Below are positions 30,348-44,622 of a stretch of DNA of 64,000 bases, piece by piece. Position 1 is the first letter of the stretch. Every line of letters begins with the position of its first letter. Source of the stretch: an uncultured delta proteobacterium (lineage in GTDB: Bacteria; Desulfobacterota; RBG-13-43-22); assembly GCA_963711835.1 (NCBI GenBank), contig CAVQFQ010000019.1, positions 1-64,000 on the forward strand, written 5' to 3'. A model generated the notes under the pieces. It ran no database searches and was not told the DNA's origin. It saw only the letters and a program-made list of their open reading frames with translations. Both the position numbers and the translations under genes were made by a program.

Positions 30348-31256
30348 TTAGCTGAGAAGGAACTGCCGGACAAAACGGGCCCACTTTTTACCCCGTAAAT
30401 GGCCGGTAAAATCCTGGCCCGGCATACCCCCGTCCAGAGCGGTAGACCCTATTTCAGTTTGGATTTGGGAAACTAAGCGGTCTTTTTCATCCACAATCCA
30501 TTGCTGGGCTTCCTGGCCGAACAGCAGGCTTTTAAGGTCGTTTTTAAGGGTCAGGGGCTCGACGATAAACAACCAGCCTTCCTCATAAGGTTCTTTATTC
30601 ACCAGGTCCGGGTGTTTGGCAACCTGAGAATTGATATGGGTAATGGTGCCTTCGATAGGGGCCAGGACCGGTACATCCTGTTTTTTTCGTTTGATCCCCA
30701 GGCTGGGGGAACCTTGTCCCACTTTCTGCCCCACCTTCGGCAGAAGGACTTCCTCAACCTGGCCTACTAATCTCTGGGCAAAATCATCAATCCCTACCCG
30801 AACCCGGCCGCCGAATTCGGTCAAGGCCCAACTGTGGCCGCGATGATAAAAATAATTTTCCGGCTGCTCGAACCCGCCCACCAGAGGGATTTCCTTTAAT
30901 CTGGGGGAGAGGGTAGGGGGCACCTGATCCTGCATCATCTGATCAAAGGAGCATTCCCCGCAGAGAAAGGCATTGGGGCAAATTTTATAACTAATGGCTC
31001 CATTCAGCATATAACGGCATTTGCGTTGCGCGGCCGGCAGGGCCAGAAATTTTTTCATCCATTCCTGGGTCGGCGGTTTATTTTGTTTTACCTGGACCTT
31101 ACCTGAGGCTTCATCCAGGGCCTTCTTGGCCATCCCCTTATCAAAATTGCAGGTCATGCAATTGTAATTGTTGTTGCAGAGCTTATAGGAAACCACACCG
31201 GCATCCATCCAGATGCATTTATTTTCAGAAGCCATAAAATTCAGTTTTTCTCCCAT
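30348..31256 (-). CDS. Glycine cleavage H-like protein with a duplicated N-terminal 4-Cys domain
   Basis: C-part HRGHSWA..VRVGIDDFAQ..LAPIEG..N..PDLVNKEPYEEGWL (GcvH fold); two C..YK.C.....C..C.FD modules. Confidence 0.8.
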   Translation of the reverse strand: MGEKLNFMASENKCIWMDAGVVSYKLCNNNYNCMTCNFDKGMAKKALDEASGKVQVKQNKPPTQEWMKKFLALPAAQRKCRYMLNGAISYKICPNAFLCGECSFDQMMQDQVPPTLSPRLKEIPLVGGFEQPENYFYHRGHSWALTEFGGRVRVGIDDFAQRLVGQVEEVLLPKVGQKVGQGSPSLGIKRKKQDVPVLAPIEGTITHINSQVAKHPDLVNKEPYEEGWLFIVEPLTLKNDLKSLLFGQEAQQWIVDEKDRLVSQIQTEIGSTALDGGMPGQDFTGHLRGKKWARFVRQFLLS

Positions 31257-31295
31257 GGTGTCCTCCGGTAAAGGCGTTGTTTTTATGTTAATATA

Positions 31296-31311
31296 AGCAA
31301 GTTGAATGCCA
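31296..31311 (-). promoter_or_regulatory. Sigma54 (-24/-12) promoter
   Basis: Minus strand TGGCAT-TCAAC-TTGCT, ~40 nt upstream of the ATG, with AT-rich DNA upstream. Confidence 0.7.
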
Positions 31312-31607
31312 GAAAAAGATAATATTTTAATTACATGAATTTATTATAAAAAATAGAGGCAAAGCCATTCCTGTTTTTTTGGGGGATGGACGGCTGTTGA
31401 TAATATTTACACAGGCAGTAGGGTAATTTAAGATAACTGATTGATAATATGTAATTTATTAATATGATGAGATATTAAACAATATGTTTAAAAATTATAC
31501 AGCCATTTGACTCAAAAAACTCTCTTGACCTCTAAAGAAATCCATATATAAATAAAACCATCATGCCTTTAATGTCCGTATGGTGGGATGGATTAGGGAA
31601 CTAGGGG

Positions 31608-32315
31608 GTGCTTATGAAATTCAGAGAGGCGTTGGTTTTGTCATTGGGAATGGTTGTGGCCGCTATGATCTTCGGTTTCTTTTTTTATGAAAGCCGGGAC
31701 AGCGGTAAAACCGTTAAAATTGTGGGAACGGGGACCAGGGGTTTTAATTCCGACATCATAAAGTGGCGCCTGGCCATAGGCCGCTATGCCTCGCCTACGG
31801 AAGTCACCAGCGGTTATGTCAAGGTAGCCAAAGATGTCCAAGCCCTGTCTGAAGACCTGATAAAGAAGGGGCTGGCTAAAGAGGAAATGATCATCCAGTC
31901 CGTCCTTACCCAACCGAGCTACGGCAACAGCGGTAATGTTACCGGCTATACCATTCAGCAGGGCATAACCCTTACCTCCCGGGATATGTCCGCCGTTGAG
32001 AAGCTGGCTTTTAATCCGGGAGAAATAGTGCGGGAAAGCATGATCCTTCTGAATTCCAACGTGGAATATTATTTTTCAGACCTGGGCGGGATCAAGAAGG
32101 AATTGATTGCTGCTGCCGTTAAAGATGCCAGGGCCAGGGCCGAGGTGATTGCGAAGAATTCCGGAACCCGGATAAAAGGGATCCAGTCGGCCCGGGTTGG
32201 GGTTTTCCAAATTACCGAGCCCTATTCGGCTGAAGTCACCGATACCGGCATCTATAATGTGAACACCAAAAGGAAAGATGTTACGGTGACGGTTCATGCC
32301 GTCTTTAATTTATAA
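31608..32315 (+). CDS. SIMPL (DUF541) domain protein
   Basis: N-terminal TM, AVKDARARAEVIA and SARVGVFQIT..K.V.VTV motifs. Confidence 0.8.
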   Translation: MLMKFREALVLSLGMVVAAMIFGFFFYESRDSGKTVKIVGTGTRGFNSDIIKWRLAIGRYASPTEVTSGYVKVAKDVQALSEDLIKKGLAKEEMIIQSVLTQPSYGNSGNVTGYTIQQGITLTSRDMSAVEKLAFNPGEIVRESMILLNSNVEYYFSDLGGIKKELIAAAVKDARARAEVIAKNSGTRIKGIQSARVGVFQITEPYSAEVTDTGIYNVNTKRKDVTVTVHAVFNL

Positions 32316-32316
32316 A

Positions 32317-33060
32317 TCAGGTCCTCGGTTCGTTGCCCTTCGCCCGGCTTATTAAGGCTTGCTGAATCTGTTCCTGCATGGTCCTGATCAAGGCGGCCGG
32401 GTCTCCGGCCTGGCGGATGGGACGGCCCACAACGACATGATCGGCACCGTCAAAAAAGGCCGAGTGGATATCCACTACCCTCTTTTGATCATCGACCGGA
32501 CGATTTTTAACCGGCCGCACCCCGGGAATAACCACGAAAAAACGGGATCCGAGTTCCCGTCTGAGCTTGAGGGCCTCCAGGCCGGATGAAACCACCCCGT
32601 CGCAGCCCAGCTCCAGCGCCCGCCGGGCCCGGGAGAGAACCAGCTCTTCGGGATTGCACTGGAACCCCAAAGAGTCCAGGTCGCCCTGGTCCAGGCTGGT
32701 CAGAACAGTCACCGCCAGTATTTTTACCTCCTTTTTGACCTGGGCTGCGGCTTTCAGGATGGCATCGTTGCCGTGGACGGTGGTGTAGGTGATCCCCCGG
32801 CCGGTGACTTGTTTGACCGCCGAAGAAACGGTCTGAGGGACATCAAAAAATTTCAAATCCAGCATGACCTCCAGGTCCCGGCGGATGATCCAATCAATAA
32901 GGTCCCAGCCCGCTCCCAAAAAAAGCTGCAAGCCCACTTTGAAAAATTTTATTCCTCCCTCCAACTTTTCCACCCACTCCCGGGCCTCGGAGGCGGTGGC
33001 CACATCTAGGGCGAAGATGATGCGCTTGTCTAATGGTATTTTTTTTTCGGCGGTTTCCAT
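32317..33060 (-). CDS. pyrF: Orotidine-5'-phosphate decarboxylase
   Basis: IFALD, FKVG, DLKFFDVPQTV, AVTVLTS, PGVRP, DDQKR and VVGRPI. Confidence 0.95.
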   Translation of the reverse strand: METAEKKIPLDKRIIFALDVATASEAREWVEKLEGGIKFFKVGLQLFLGAGWDLIDWIIRRDLEVMLDLKFFDVPQTVSSAVKQVTGRGITYTTVHGNDAILKAAAQVKKEVKILAVTVLTSLDQGDLDSLGFQCNPEELVLSRARRALELGCDGVVSSGLEALKLRRELGSRFFVVIPGVRPVKNRPVDDQKRVVDIHSAFFDGADHVVVGRPIRQAGDPAALIRTMQEQIQQALISRAKGNEPRT

Positions 33061-33258
33061 GCGTTTTCCTTTTAGTATTTTCCGATATCAGGTGGTAGAG
33101 GCCGGGGTAGAAGTCTATCAAATGAAACCGGGAAAGTCGAATTTAAAAGGACCGGGGATATTTTCGACCTTTAGCAAGATCAGTATCTCTGCTATACTCA
33201 AACAATGGCCTACCGCCCCGATTTCAGGCCTGAAAAAGGAGAAGCAAGGGCGATCGTT

Positions 33259-36371
<3,113 letters not shown>

Positions 36372-36390
36372 GATAAGTTAAGCCAATTTT

Positions 36391-36687
36391 ATGGAGAGGG
36401 TGTCTGTGGATAAGATCTCGGCCAGGGTAATTATTCAGGGCTGGGTACAGGGTGTTTACTTCCGGGCCTTTACCCGGGATCAGGCCATCGCGCTGGGTCT
36501 TTCCGGGTGGGTCAGGAACCGGAGGGACGGCACGGTGGAGGCTTATTTTGAAGGGGAAGTCGGACAGGTAAAGAAATTGGTGGCTTGGTGTCACCAGGGG
36601 TCGCCCCGGGCCAGGGTGGAAAAGGTGGAGGTGACCTTTGGGAATTACCAGGGCGGGTTTGATGGTTTTGAGGTTCGAACCGGTTGA
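36391..36687 (+). CDS. acyP: Acylphosphatase
   Basis: VQGVYFR..GWVRNRRDGTVE. Confidence 0.93.
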   Translation: MERVSVDKISARVIIQGWVQGVYFRAFTRDQAIALGLSGWVRNRRDGTVEAYFEGEVGQVKKLVAWCHQGSPRARVEKVEVTFGNYQGGFDGFEVRTG

Positions 36688-36854
36688 ATTCCAGCCCTCT
36701 TCCTCCTCCTTTGCCTTTAGCCTAATTGGGTGACCCTGAAATTTACTTCCATCCCAATTTCAAATATTTACTTGACTTGAATTTTCATTTTTAGTATATA
36801 AAAGGTTTAAACCCCATTATTAACTTAATAATTTACTTGGTAGACAGATTTTAA

Positions 36855-38777
36855 GTGGAAGAAATTCATATACAATTTCCCGATAAGGCCTCTTTGACCT
36901 TCCCAAAGGGGATACCGGCTATTGAAGCCTTAAAGGTTTGGAGCCGAAAGCCCCTGAACGGCATGGTGGCCGCCCGTTTTGAGGGAAAGTTGATTGATTT
37001 GCCGGCAGAATTGATGCGAGACGGGGAATTAAGGCCCCTTTTTGACCAAGAGCCCGAGGCACTGGAAATTTTACGCCATTCCTCGGCTCATTTGATGGCC
37101 CAGGCGGTTAAGGAATTATTTCCGGAGGTTCAAATAGCCATCGGTCCGGCTATTGAACAGGGATTTTATTATGATTTTGCCAAGAAGGAACCCTTTACGC
37201 CGGAGGACCTCCCCCGCATTGAAGAACGCATGGCCTCCCTGAGCCGGCAAAAGATACCGATGGTCCGGGAGGAGCTTCCCCATCAAAAAGCGATTGACCT
37301 TTTTGCCTCTCAAGGGGAGTCCTTTAAGGTCGCCTTATTACAGGATTTGAAGGACCCGACGGTTTCTCTGTACCGCCAGGGAAATTTTACCGACTTATGC
37401 CGGGGGCCGCACCTGGCCTCTACAGAGCCTATTCGTTTTTTTAAGCTGACCCAGGTGGCCGGGGCTTACTGGCGGGGTGATGAACGCAATCCCATGCTGC
37501 AACGGATTTACGGAACGGCTTTCTTTGAAAAGAAGGCCCTGGAAGATCATCTGCATCGTCTGGAAGAAGCTAGGCGCCGGGATCACCGCCGCCTGGGCAA
37601 GGACCTGGATCTTTTCAGTATTCATGATGAAGTGGGCCCCGGGCTGGTTATCTATCACCCCAAGGGGGCCTTGCTCCGAACCATCCTAGAGGATTTCGAG
37701 AAAAAGGAGCATTTGAAACGCGGCTATGAAATCGTCATAGGCCCTCAGCTTTTGCGGGCCGACCTTTGGAAAAAATCAGGCCACTACGAAAATTACCGCG
37801 AGCTCATGTACTTCACCGAGATCGACGGGCAAAGCTATGGAATCAAGCCCATGAATTGCCTGGCCCATATGATCATTTATAAATCGAAGATCCGCAGTTA
37901 CCGGGACCTTCCCAAACGCTATTTCGAACTGGGAACAGTTCACCGACATGAAAAATCCGGGGTGCTCCATGGCCTGATGCGGGTTCGCCAGTTTACCCAG
38001 GATGATGCCCATATTATCTGCACCCCCGATCAGCTTCAGGATGAAATCCGGGGGGTCCTGGATTTTGTGGCCTATGTCATGAAGATTTTTGATTTCGCCT
38101 TTGAAGTGGAGATCAGCACCCGTCCGGCAAAATCGATCGGAAGCGATGAGGACTGGGAAAGGGCCACTCAGGCCTTGAGCCAGGCTTTGGAGGCCAACGG
38201 CTTGTCTTTTTCCATCTCTGAAGGCGAGGGGGCCTTTTACGGACCCAAAATCGATATCAAGCTAAAGGATGCCCTGGATCGGCGCTGGCAGTGCGCCACT
38301 ATCCAATGCGACTTTACCCTGCCGGAACGTTTTGATTTGCATTACATCGGACCGGATGGAGAGCGCCACCGGCCGGTCATGATCCATCGGGTCATTTTGG
38401 GGGCCTTGGAGCGGTTCTTGGGCGTTCTGATTGAACATTATGCCGGGGCTTTCCCTACCTGGCTGGCGCCGGTGCAGGCCATCGTCCTTTCCGTAACGGA
38501 TCGGACACTGACCTACTGCCGGGGAGTCCACCAGGCCCTGATTCAGGCCGGGATCCGGGCCGATCTGGATATTCGAAATGAGAAGTTGGGGCTGAAGGTG
38601 CGGGAGGCCCAATTACAGAAAATTCCCTATATGATCGTCATCGGGGACAAGGAAGAAGAACAGCAACGGATCAGTCCAAGAACGCGAACCGGGGAAAATC
38701 TGGGTTTATGGACCCTTCCTCAATTTATAGATCGGGTCCGGGAGGAATCCCTTCCGGGGAAACCTGCTGAACCGTAA
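36855..38777 (+). CDS. thrS: Threonine--tRNA ligase
   Basis: [30 protein letters not shown] and AFYGPKID. Confidence 0.98.
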   Translation: MEEIHIQFPDKASLTFPKGIPAIEALKVWSRKPLNGMVAARFEGKLIDLPAELMRDGELRPLFDQEPEALEILRHSSAHLMAQAVKELFPEVQIAIGPAIEQGFYYDFAKKEPFTPEDLPRIEERMASLSRQKIPMVREELPHQKAIDLFASQGESFKVALLQDLKDPTVSLYRQGNFTDLCRGPHLASTEPIRFFKLTQVAGAYWRGDERNPMLQRIYGTAFFEKKALEDHLHRLEEARRRDHRRLGKDLDLFSIHDEVGPGLVIYHPKGALLRTILEDFEKKEHLKRGYEIVIGPQLLRADLWKKSGHYENYRELMYFTEIDGQSYGIKPMNCLAHMIIYKSKIRSYRDLPKRYFELGTVHRHEKSGVLHGLMRVRQFTQDDAHIICTPDQLQDEIRGVLDFVAYVMKIFDFAFEVEISTRPAKSIGSDEDWERATQALSQALEANGLSFSISEGEGAFYGPKIDIKLKDALDRRWQCATIQCDFTLPERFDLHYIGPDGERHRPVMIHRVILGALERFLGVLIEHYAGAFPTWLAPVQAIVLSVTDRTLTYCRGVHQALIQAGIRADLDIRNEKLGLKVREAQLQKIPYMIVIGDKEEEQQRISPRTRTGENLGLWTLPQFIDRVREESLPGKPAEP

Positions 38778-38832
38778 GGCCTTATTTTAATTTCCTTTGA
38801 GGGAACAATTCCATATTTAGGAGGTGGTGGGC

Positions 38833-39339
38833 ATAGCTAAATCGGTTAATGTGAATGAGGAGATCAGAGCCTCATCGGTCAGGGTCATTGCAGAAGACAG
38901 CCAGCAACTGGGGATCTTCACCGTGTCGCAGGCCCTGAACTTGGCCAGGGAAAAGGGACTGGATCTGGTTGAGGTGGCTCCACAACTGGATCCGCCGGTC
39001 TGTCGTATCATGGATTATGGAAAGTTCAGGTATCAGCAAACCAAAAAAGTCCATGAAGGCAAAAAACGACGGACCATCATTCAGATCAAAGAAGTCAAGC
39101 TCCGACCTAAGACAGAGGAGCATGACTTTCAATTCAAACTGCGAAACATAAGAAAATTTTTAGAGAAAAAAAACAAGACCAAAGTATCGCTGATGTTCCG
39201 GGGACGGGAGATCCAATATCACGAGACCGCCAGGGGCATTTTAAACCGCATTGCTGAAGAAACCAAAGATTTGGCCCTGGTGGAGCAGGCACCCAAGTTG
39301 GAGGGCCGGAATATGACCATGGTCTTGGGCCCCAAATAA
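38833..39339 (+). CDS. infC: Translation initiation factor IF-3 (probable ATA start)
   Basis: NEEIRA..VRVI, LDLVEV, CRIMDYGK, KEVKLRP and FRGRE. AGGAGG lies 8 nt before the ATA at 38833. Confidence 0.95.
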   Translation: MAKSVNVNEEIRASSVRVIAEDSQQLGIFTVSQALNLAREKGLDLVEVAPQLDPPVCRIMDYGKFRYQQTKKVHEGKKRRTIIQIKEVKLRPKTEEHDFQFKLRNIRKFLEKKNKTKVSLMFRGREIQYHETARGILNRIAEETKDLALVEQAPKLEGRNMTMVLGPK

Positions 39340-39497
39340 ACCGCCAACCCAGAGTGTAAGGTGCGACATTTCAAATCCGGAGGGACAACGGTTTTGTCCC
39401 TGATCTGCTTTGGATCGGGAGATTCGAATTTTGGACGGCCATTATCCGATTTTCCGATTTCCGAATGGAGGAAGACGTATTCAAGGAGAGTGCTGTT

Positions 39498-39695
39498 ATG
39501 CCCAAAATGAAAACCAAGCGAGGGGCTGCCAAGCGGTTCAAGACCACAGGCAATGGAAAGATTATTCGATCCAAGGCCTTTGGCAGCCATATCCTGACCA
39601 GTAAAACGACCAAGAGAAAACGCAGCCTGAGAAAGTCCGCCGTGGTGGACCCGGCCAATGCCCGGGGCCTCAGGCGGATGATGCCCTACGGTTAA
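39498..39695 (+). CDS. rpmI: 50S ribosomal protein L35
   Basis: [29 protein letters not shown]. Confidence 0.97.
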   Translation: MPKMKTKRGAAKRFKTTGNGKIIRSKAFGSHILTSKTTKRKRSLRKSAVVDPANARGLRRMMPYG

Positions 39696-39737
39696 GAATG
39701 CAATTAGGTCTCATCCGGAAAAGGTGTTTCCAGGGGA

Positions 39738-39840
39738 GAGCTATCAGCGATCAGCAATAAATTTTAAAAAATGGGTTAAGCTGACTGCTATTTGCTGACG
39801 GCTGAACGCTCCATCCGGAAATCAGAGATTTCCGGATGGA
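39738..39840. repeat. Intergenic inverted heptamer repeats plus hairpin
   Basis: GAGCTATCAGCGATCAGC ... GCTGACTGCT..GCTGACGGCTGAACGCT, then TCCATCCGGAAATC-AGA-GATTTCCGGATGGA. Confidence 0.6.
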
Positions 39841-39866
39841 TACTATAAGGATTGAGGTGAGTTAAG

Positions 39867-40223
39867 ATGCCAAGAGTAAAAAGGGGCTTCAAGGCCCGTC
39901 AACGAAGAAATAAGATCCTGAAATTAGCCAAAGGCTATCGGGGCGCCCGAAGCCGCCTGTTTAAGACAGCCACTGAAGCGGTGGATCGGTCCCTCAAATA
40001 CGCCTACCGGGACCGGCGGGTTCGAAAAAGAGAGTTCCGCGGCTTATGGATTGTGCGCATCAGCGCGGCCGCCAAACAGAACGGCCTTTCCTACAGTCGC
40101 CTGATGGGAGCTTTTAATAAAGGCCAGATCGGTTTGGACCGAAAAGTACTGTCGGAAATGGCGGTCCGAGACCCGGAACGATTCAGCCAACTGGTCCGGC
40201 TGACCACCCAGCCTCAGGTTTGA
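39867..40223 (+). CDS. rplT: 50S ribosomal protein L20
   Basis: MPRVKRG..AKGYRG..YAYRDRR..FRGLWI.RI. Confidence 0.97.
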   Translation: MPRVKRGFKARQRRNKILKLAKGYRGARSRLFKTATEAVDRSLKYAYRDRRVRKREFRGLWIVRISAAAKQNGLSYSRLMGAFNKGQIGLDRKVLSEMAVRDPERFSQLVRLTTQPQV

Positions 40224-40271
40224 TTCCCCAAAAGGATCCCGGGTAAATAGAAATCCATCCCTAAAGCCGCG

Positions 40272-41279
40272 ATGTTATCTCTACTAAAATCCCTGGAAAG
40301 CCATGTTAGAGAAGAGCTGGAGAAAATCTCCTCCCTGAAAGAATTGGAGGCCTTGCAGGTCCAGGTCTTGGGGCGGAAGGGGAAGTTAACCGAATGGTTG
40401 AGGCAGTTGGGGAGCCTTGCTCCGGAAGAACGGCCGGCCGTAGGCCAGGAGGCCAATCGGATTAAGGGAATCCTGGAAGCCCTTTTTCAACAAACCAAGG
40501 CTTTGTTCGCCGTGCTCGATAAAAAGGCCCAATCCGGATTTGATTGGACCCTGCCCGGCCGAAGGCATTTCAGGGGGAAACAACATCCTATAAGCCAGAC
40601 CCTGGACGAAATTTGCCAAATCTTTTCCCGGCTTAACTTCGACCTGGTTGAAGGACCGGAGGTCGAATTGGATTATTACAATTTTGAAGCCTTGAATATC
40701 CCACCCGACCACCCGGCCCGTGATATGCAGGACACCTTTTATATAACCGATACCATCCTGCTGCGGACCCAGACTTCTCCCATGCAGATCCGGGTGATGG
40801 AGAAGGTCGCTCCCCCGCTCCGGGTCATCGCCCCGGGAAAGGTGTATCGACGGGATTCCGACATTTCCCACTCTCCCATGTTTCATCAGGTGGAGGGGTT
40901 CATGGTGGGCGATACGGTCAGCTTCGGAGATTTGAAAGGGGTTTTGAGTTACTTTGTCCACCAGATGTACGGGGAAAATACGCCACTGCGCTTCCGGCCT
41001 AGCTTCTTTCCTTTTACGGAACCCAGTGCCGAAGTGGATATCGGCTGCGTGATTTGCCGGGGCTCAGGCTGCCGGTTGTGCTCTCAAACAGGCTGGCTGG
41101 AAATCCTCGGAGCCGGAATGATTGATCCCGAAGTTTACCGGAGGGTCGGATACGATCCCGACCGGGTAACCGGTTTTGCCTTCGGCATGGGAGTAGAACG
41201 GATTGCCATGCTGCGCTACGGGATCGATGATATCCGCCTTTTTTACGAAAATGATCAGCGGTTCTTAAAGCAATTCTAA
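40272..41279 (+). CDS. pheS: Phenylalanine--tRNA ligase alpha subunit
   Basis: [23 protein letters not shown] and [10 protein letters not shown]. Confidence 0.98.
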   Translation: MLSLLKSLESHVREELEKISSLKELEALQVQVLGRKGKLTEWLRQLGSLAPEERPAVGQEANRIKGILEALFQQTKALFAVLDKKAQSGFDWTLPGRRHFRGKQHPISQTLDEICQIFSRLNFDLVEGPEVELDYYNFEALNIPPDHPARDMQDTFYITDTILLRTQTSPMQIRVMEKVAPPLRVIAPGKVYRRDSDISHSPMFHQVEGFMVGDTVSFGDLKGVLSYFVHQMYGENTPLRFRPSFFPFTEPSAEVDIGCVICRGSGCRLCSQTGWLEILGAGMIDPEVYRRVGYDPDRVTGFAFGMGVERIAMLRYGIDDIRLFYENDQRFLKQF

Positions 41280-41287
41280 GTTAAAAA

Positions 41288-41380
41288 AGGGTCCAAAGGG
41301 CCGAGGATTCAAGGGTTCCAGTGAAAGGGCGGATGGAAAAGGGGCTTGAGCCCCCGAACCCTTGAATCCGTGAACCCCGA
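41288..41380. repeat. Intergenic inverted 8-mer repeat cluster
   Basis: AGGGTCCA/AAGGGCCG/AGGATTCA/AGGGTTCC ... CGAACCCT/TGAATCCG/TGAACCCC; similar to 57490..57580. Confidence 0.55.
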
Positions 41381-41387
41381 GTTTATT

Positions 41388-43802
41388 ATGAAAGTTACCA
41401 TAAACTGGCTTAATGACTACGTGGATCTGACCGGCCTCTCCGTGGAGAAGATCGCCGAGGCCCTGACCATGGCCGGGCTGGAAGTGGAGGCCGTCCAGTC
41501 TATCGGCAAGGAACTGGCCGCTCTAATCGTCGGAGAGATCCGGGAGGTGGAAAAGCACCCGGAAGCCGATCGCCTCTCTCTCTGTAAGGTGTCCACCGGC
41601 CGGGAAATTCTGGAGGTCGTTTGCGGGGCCCCTAATGTCCGGCCCGGGGTTTTGATCCCGCTGGCTTTACCGGGGACGGTTTTGCCGGGAGGGATGGAAG
41701 TCAAAAAGGCCGTCATCCGAAATCGTCCCTCAGCCGGGATGCTTTGTTCTGAAAAGGAATTGGGATTATCGGAGGACCATTCCGGAATCATGATCCTCCC
41801 GGAGGGCTTGCCTCTGGGGCAACCCCTGAGTGGGGCTTTGGGGCTGGAAGATTGCCTCCTTGAAATCAACGTGACCCCCAACCGAGCCGACTGTCTATCT
41901 TTGATCGGCATCGCCCGGGAGCTCTCCGCTCTCTTTGACCGGCCTTTAAGGCTTCCCGCTCCGGCTGCCGGTCCGGAAGGGGAGGCTATCCGAGGGGAAA
42001 CCTCGGTCACCCTTCTCGATCCCCAGTTTTGTCCCCGTTATGCGGCCCGTCTCGTCAAAGAGGTTACGATCGGCCCTGCCCCCTTTTGGTTGCGGCAGCG
42101 TTTGAATTCGATAGGTCTCCGAAGCATCAACAATGTAGTGGATATCACCAATTTTGTCCTGATGGAATACGGGCAACCGCTTCATGCCTTTGACTGGGAG
42201 ACCCTGGAGGAAAGGCGCATTGTGGTTCGGCGGGCCGAACCCGGGGAGAGCCTGGTGACGCTGGATGGAGTGAAAAGAGATCTTTCTACGGAGATGCTGG
42301 TCATCGCCGACGGCCGGAAAGGGGTGGCTCTGGCAGGAATCATGGGAGGACAGGAGACTGAAATTCAACCCCGGACCCGGTCCATCCTGATTGAGAGCGC
42401 TTTCTTTGAGCCGCGCACTATACGCAAAACAGCCAAAAGGCTTTCTCTATCCACCGAAGCTTCGGTTCGCTTCGAACGCGGAGTGGATATAGAGGGAGTC
42501 CTTCCGGCCCTTCATCGAGCCGCCCGGTTGATCCAGGAACTGGCCGGAGGGGAAGTGGTTGGAGGCTGGATTGATGCCTACCCCCAGCCTCAGGGTAGTC
42601 AAACCATTTACCTGGATCCGGTCAAAACCGGTCGATTTTTAGGGATTGAAGTTTCGGCCGGGGAGGTTCTCGAAATCAGCCGCAGGTTGGGGTTAAGCGC
42701 CGTCCTTGAGGGTGAAAATCGGATCAAGGTAAATCCGCCCTCTTTTCGAAGGGATCTGACCAGACCGGTTGATCTGGTTGAGGAGATGGCCCGGCTCATC
42801 GGGTATGATAAAATTCCGGCTACTCTACCTGAAATGACCTCGGTGGCCCAAAAGGAGCCTGAGCCTTTGCTCCTGCGGAGGCGGATAAAGGAAATCATGG
42901 CCGGCCGGTGCTTCGATGAAATTATCACCTACAGCTTTATTTCGGATAAGGCCTCTTCCCTCGTCCCAACCTCCCGGCCCGAGGCTGAGCCCTCCCTGGT
43001 GAGAATCAGCAACCCCATTTCGGAAGACCAAGCGGTCATGCGCAGCAGTCTGGTACCCGGCCTGCTGATGACCATGGCCAAAAACTGGTCCCAGCGGAAC
43101 TTGAACCTGCGCCTTTTTGAAATAGGGAAGGTTTTTATCCCCCTGAATTCGAATTCCCTGCCCCTGGAAGTGACCCGTTTCTGCGCCCTTTGGACCGGAA
43201 GGCGGTTTCCGGAAATCCATCATTACCAGGATGCCGGGGTTGACTTTTATGATTTGAAAGGGGTGGTTGAAGAATTATCGGAAGCCTTAAGGATTCAGGA
43301 TGTTTCCTTCCGGGCTGGGGACCCTCCCCTTTATTTCAGGCCCGACCGTTATGTCCGGATCTTTTCCGATGAGGAGGCCTTGGGAGAGATGGGGGAAATA
43401 TCGGTTCAGGCCCAAACCCACTTTGATCTGAAGGAGCCGGCTTTCCTCTTTGATTTGAACCTGGATCTTCTTCTGCCTAAAATAGGGGAAGGGGTTTTTT
43501 TTAGACCCTGGCCCAGGTTCCCCGAAGTGACCCGGGATATGGCTTTGATCCTCGACGATCAGGTGCTCTGGAGAGACATTCAAGAGGAAATCCGGTCTTT
43601 AAAGGAAGTCTTGATAGAGGACATCGAACTCTTTGATCTGTACTACGGCAAACCCATTCCGGAGGGGAAAAAAAATTTAGGAGTCCGGATCCATTACCGG
43701 TCTCTTGAAAAAACCCTTTCAGATGAGCAGGTCAATGCCGTTCATGAAAAAGTATTAAAACAGGTTCTTGAAAAATTTGGGGCAACCTTGCGGGAGAAAT
43801 AG
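41388..43802 (+). CDS. pheT: Phenylalanine--tRNA ligase beta subunit
   Basis: [38 protein letters not shown] and FDX-ACB C-terminus. Confidence 0.98.
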   Translation: MKVTINWLNDYVDLTGLSVEKIAEALTMAGLEVEAVQSIGKELAALIVGEIREVEKHPEADRLSLCKVSTGREILEVVCGAPNVRPGVLIPLALPGTVLPGGMEVKKAVIRNRPSAGMLCSEKELGLSEDHSGIMILPEGLPLGQPLSGALGLEDCLLEINVTPNRADCLSLIGIARELSALFDRPLRLPAPAAGPEGEAIRGETSVTLLDPQFCPRYAARLVKEVTIGPAPFWLRQRLNSIGLRSINNVVDITNFVLMEYGQPLHAFDWETLEERRIVVRRAEPGESLVTLDGVKRDLSTEMLVIADGRKGVALAGIMGGQETEIQPRTRSILIESAFFEPRTIRKTAKRLSLSTEASVRFERGVDIEGVLPALHRAARLIQELAGGEVVGGWIDAYPQPQGSQTIYLDPVKTGRFLGIEVSAGEVLEISRRLGLSAVLEGENRIKVNPPSFRRDLTRPVDLVEEMARLIGYDKIPATLPEMTSVAQKEPEPLLLRRRIKEIMAGRCFDEIITYSFISDKASSLVPTSRPEAEPSLVRISNPISEDQAVMRSSLVPGLLMTMAKNWSQRNLNLRLFEIGKVFIPLNSNSLPLEVTRFCALWTGRRFPEIHHYQDAGVDFYDLKGVVEELSEALRIQDVSFRAGDPPLYFRPDRYVRIFSDEEALGEMGEISVQAQTHFDLKEPAFLFDLNLDLLLPKIGEGVFFRPWPRFPEVTRDMALILDDQVLWRDIQEEIRSLKEVLIEDIELFDLYYGKPIPEGKKNLGVRIHYRSLEKTLSDEQVNAVHEKVLKQVLEKFGATLREK

Positions 43803-43803
43803 T

Positions 43804-44178
43804 ATGAGTCCAGAGATCATTCCCAATAAGCAGTATTTTAAAATCGGGGAAGTGAGTACGCTCAGCCAACTGGAACCCTATGTCCTGCGCTACTGGGAGA
43901 CCGAATTTAAGATGATTCGCCCGGTCCGTTTTGGTTCCAACCAGCGCATGTACCGCCGCAAGGACGTCGAAACCATCCTGGAAATAAAAAAGTTATTGTA
44001 CCAGGAGGGGTTTACCATAGCCGGAGCCAGAAAGAAATTGCTCCAGGGCCATAAGGAGGAGAAAGGAAAGGAAAAGGTGAAAGAAAAAGAGATTGCGGCT
44101 AAGCCCGGAGATCTGGAATTGGTCTTAAAGGAAATAAAAGAGGACCTGACCGAATTAGCCCATTTTCTAAATAAATAA
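43804..44178 (+). CDS. MerR-family transcriptional regulator
   Basis: [33 protein letters not shown]. Confidence 0.93.
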   Translation: MSPEIIPNKQYFKIGEVSTLSQLEPYVLRYWETEFKMIRPVRFGSNQRMYRRKDVETILEIKKLLYQEGFTIAGARKKLLQGHKEEKGKEKVKEKEIAAKPGDLELVLKEIKEDLTELAHFLNK

Positions 44179-44300
44179 TTCCCGGTTGCCTTCTCCCCCC
44201 GGCCACGTCCATCTCGAACCTTTCCTGCCCCAACCCTTTTTTTTAATCCTTTGGTGTCGTTCAAAAGTTGTGGCATTATATTTCTGATACCCGATGGAAA

Positions 44301-44517
44301 GGGACCGGGGGTCTTGATTTCAAGGATTGTCCGCCAAAACGCTGGCAACCCTGAACCCGGGCAGGAAGTTTGTAAGTGGGTTTAAAAACAGGCCTACACC
44401 AAAGCGATTTATCGGCTTAGGTGAATGCCCGGCTCTTAACCAACTTAGAAATTCGGGCCGGGTTGGGGCTACGGATTACCTTTGCGGACAATCCTTGAAA
44501 TCAAGACCCCCGGTCCC
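44301..44517. repeat. Element B copy 2: 217-bp repeat with perfect 34-bp inverted ends
   Basis: GGGACCGGGGGTCTTGATTTCAAGGATTGTCCGC ... GCGGACAATCCTTGAAATCAAGACCCCCGGTCCC. Confidence 0.82.
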
Positions 44518-44622
44518 TAAGTCAGACGATAATACGCCAGTGCCATAACTTTTGAACGTTATTAATCCGTTAAGGAAGTGGTACTTAGCCAGACCTTTTA
44601 ACGGCCTTTCCTGATTTATGAT

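Noticed and set aside
44178-44620. tRNA after merR
   Set aside because: No cloverleaf or T-loop/CCA signature; the space is occupied by inverted-repeat elements.
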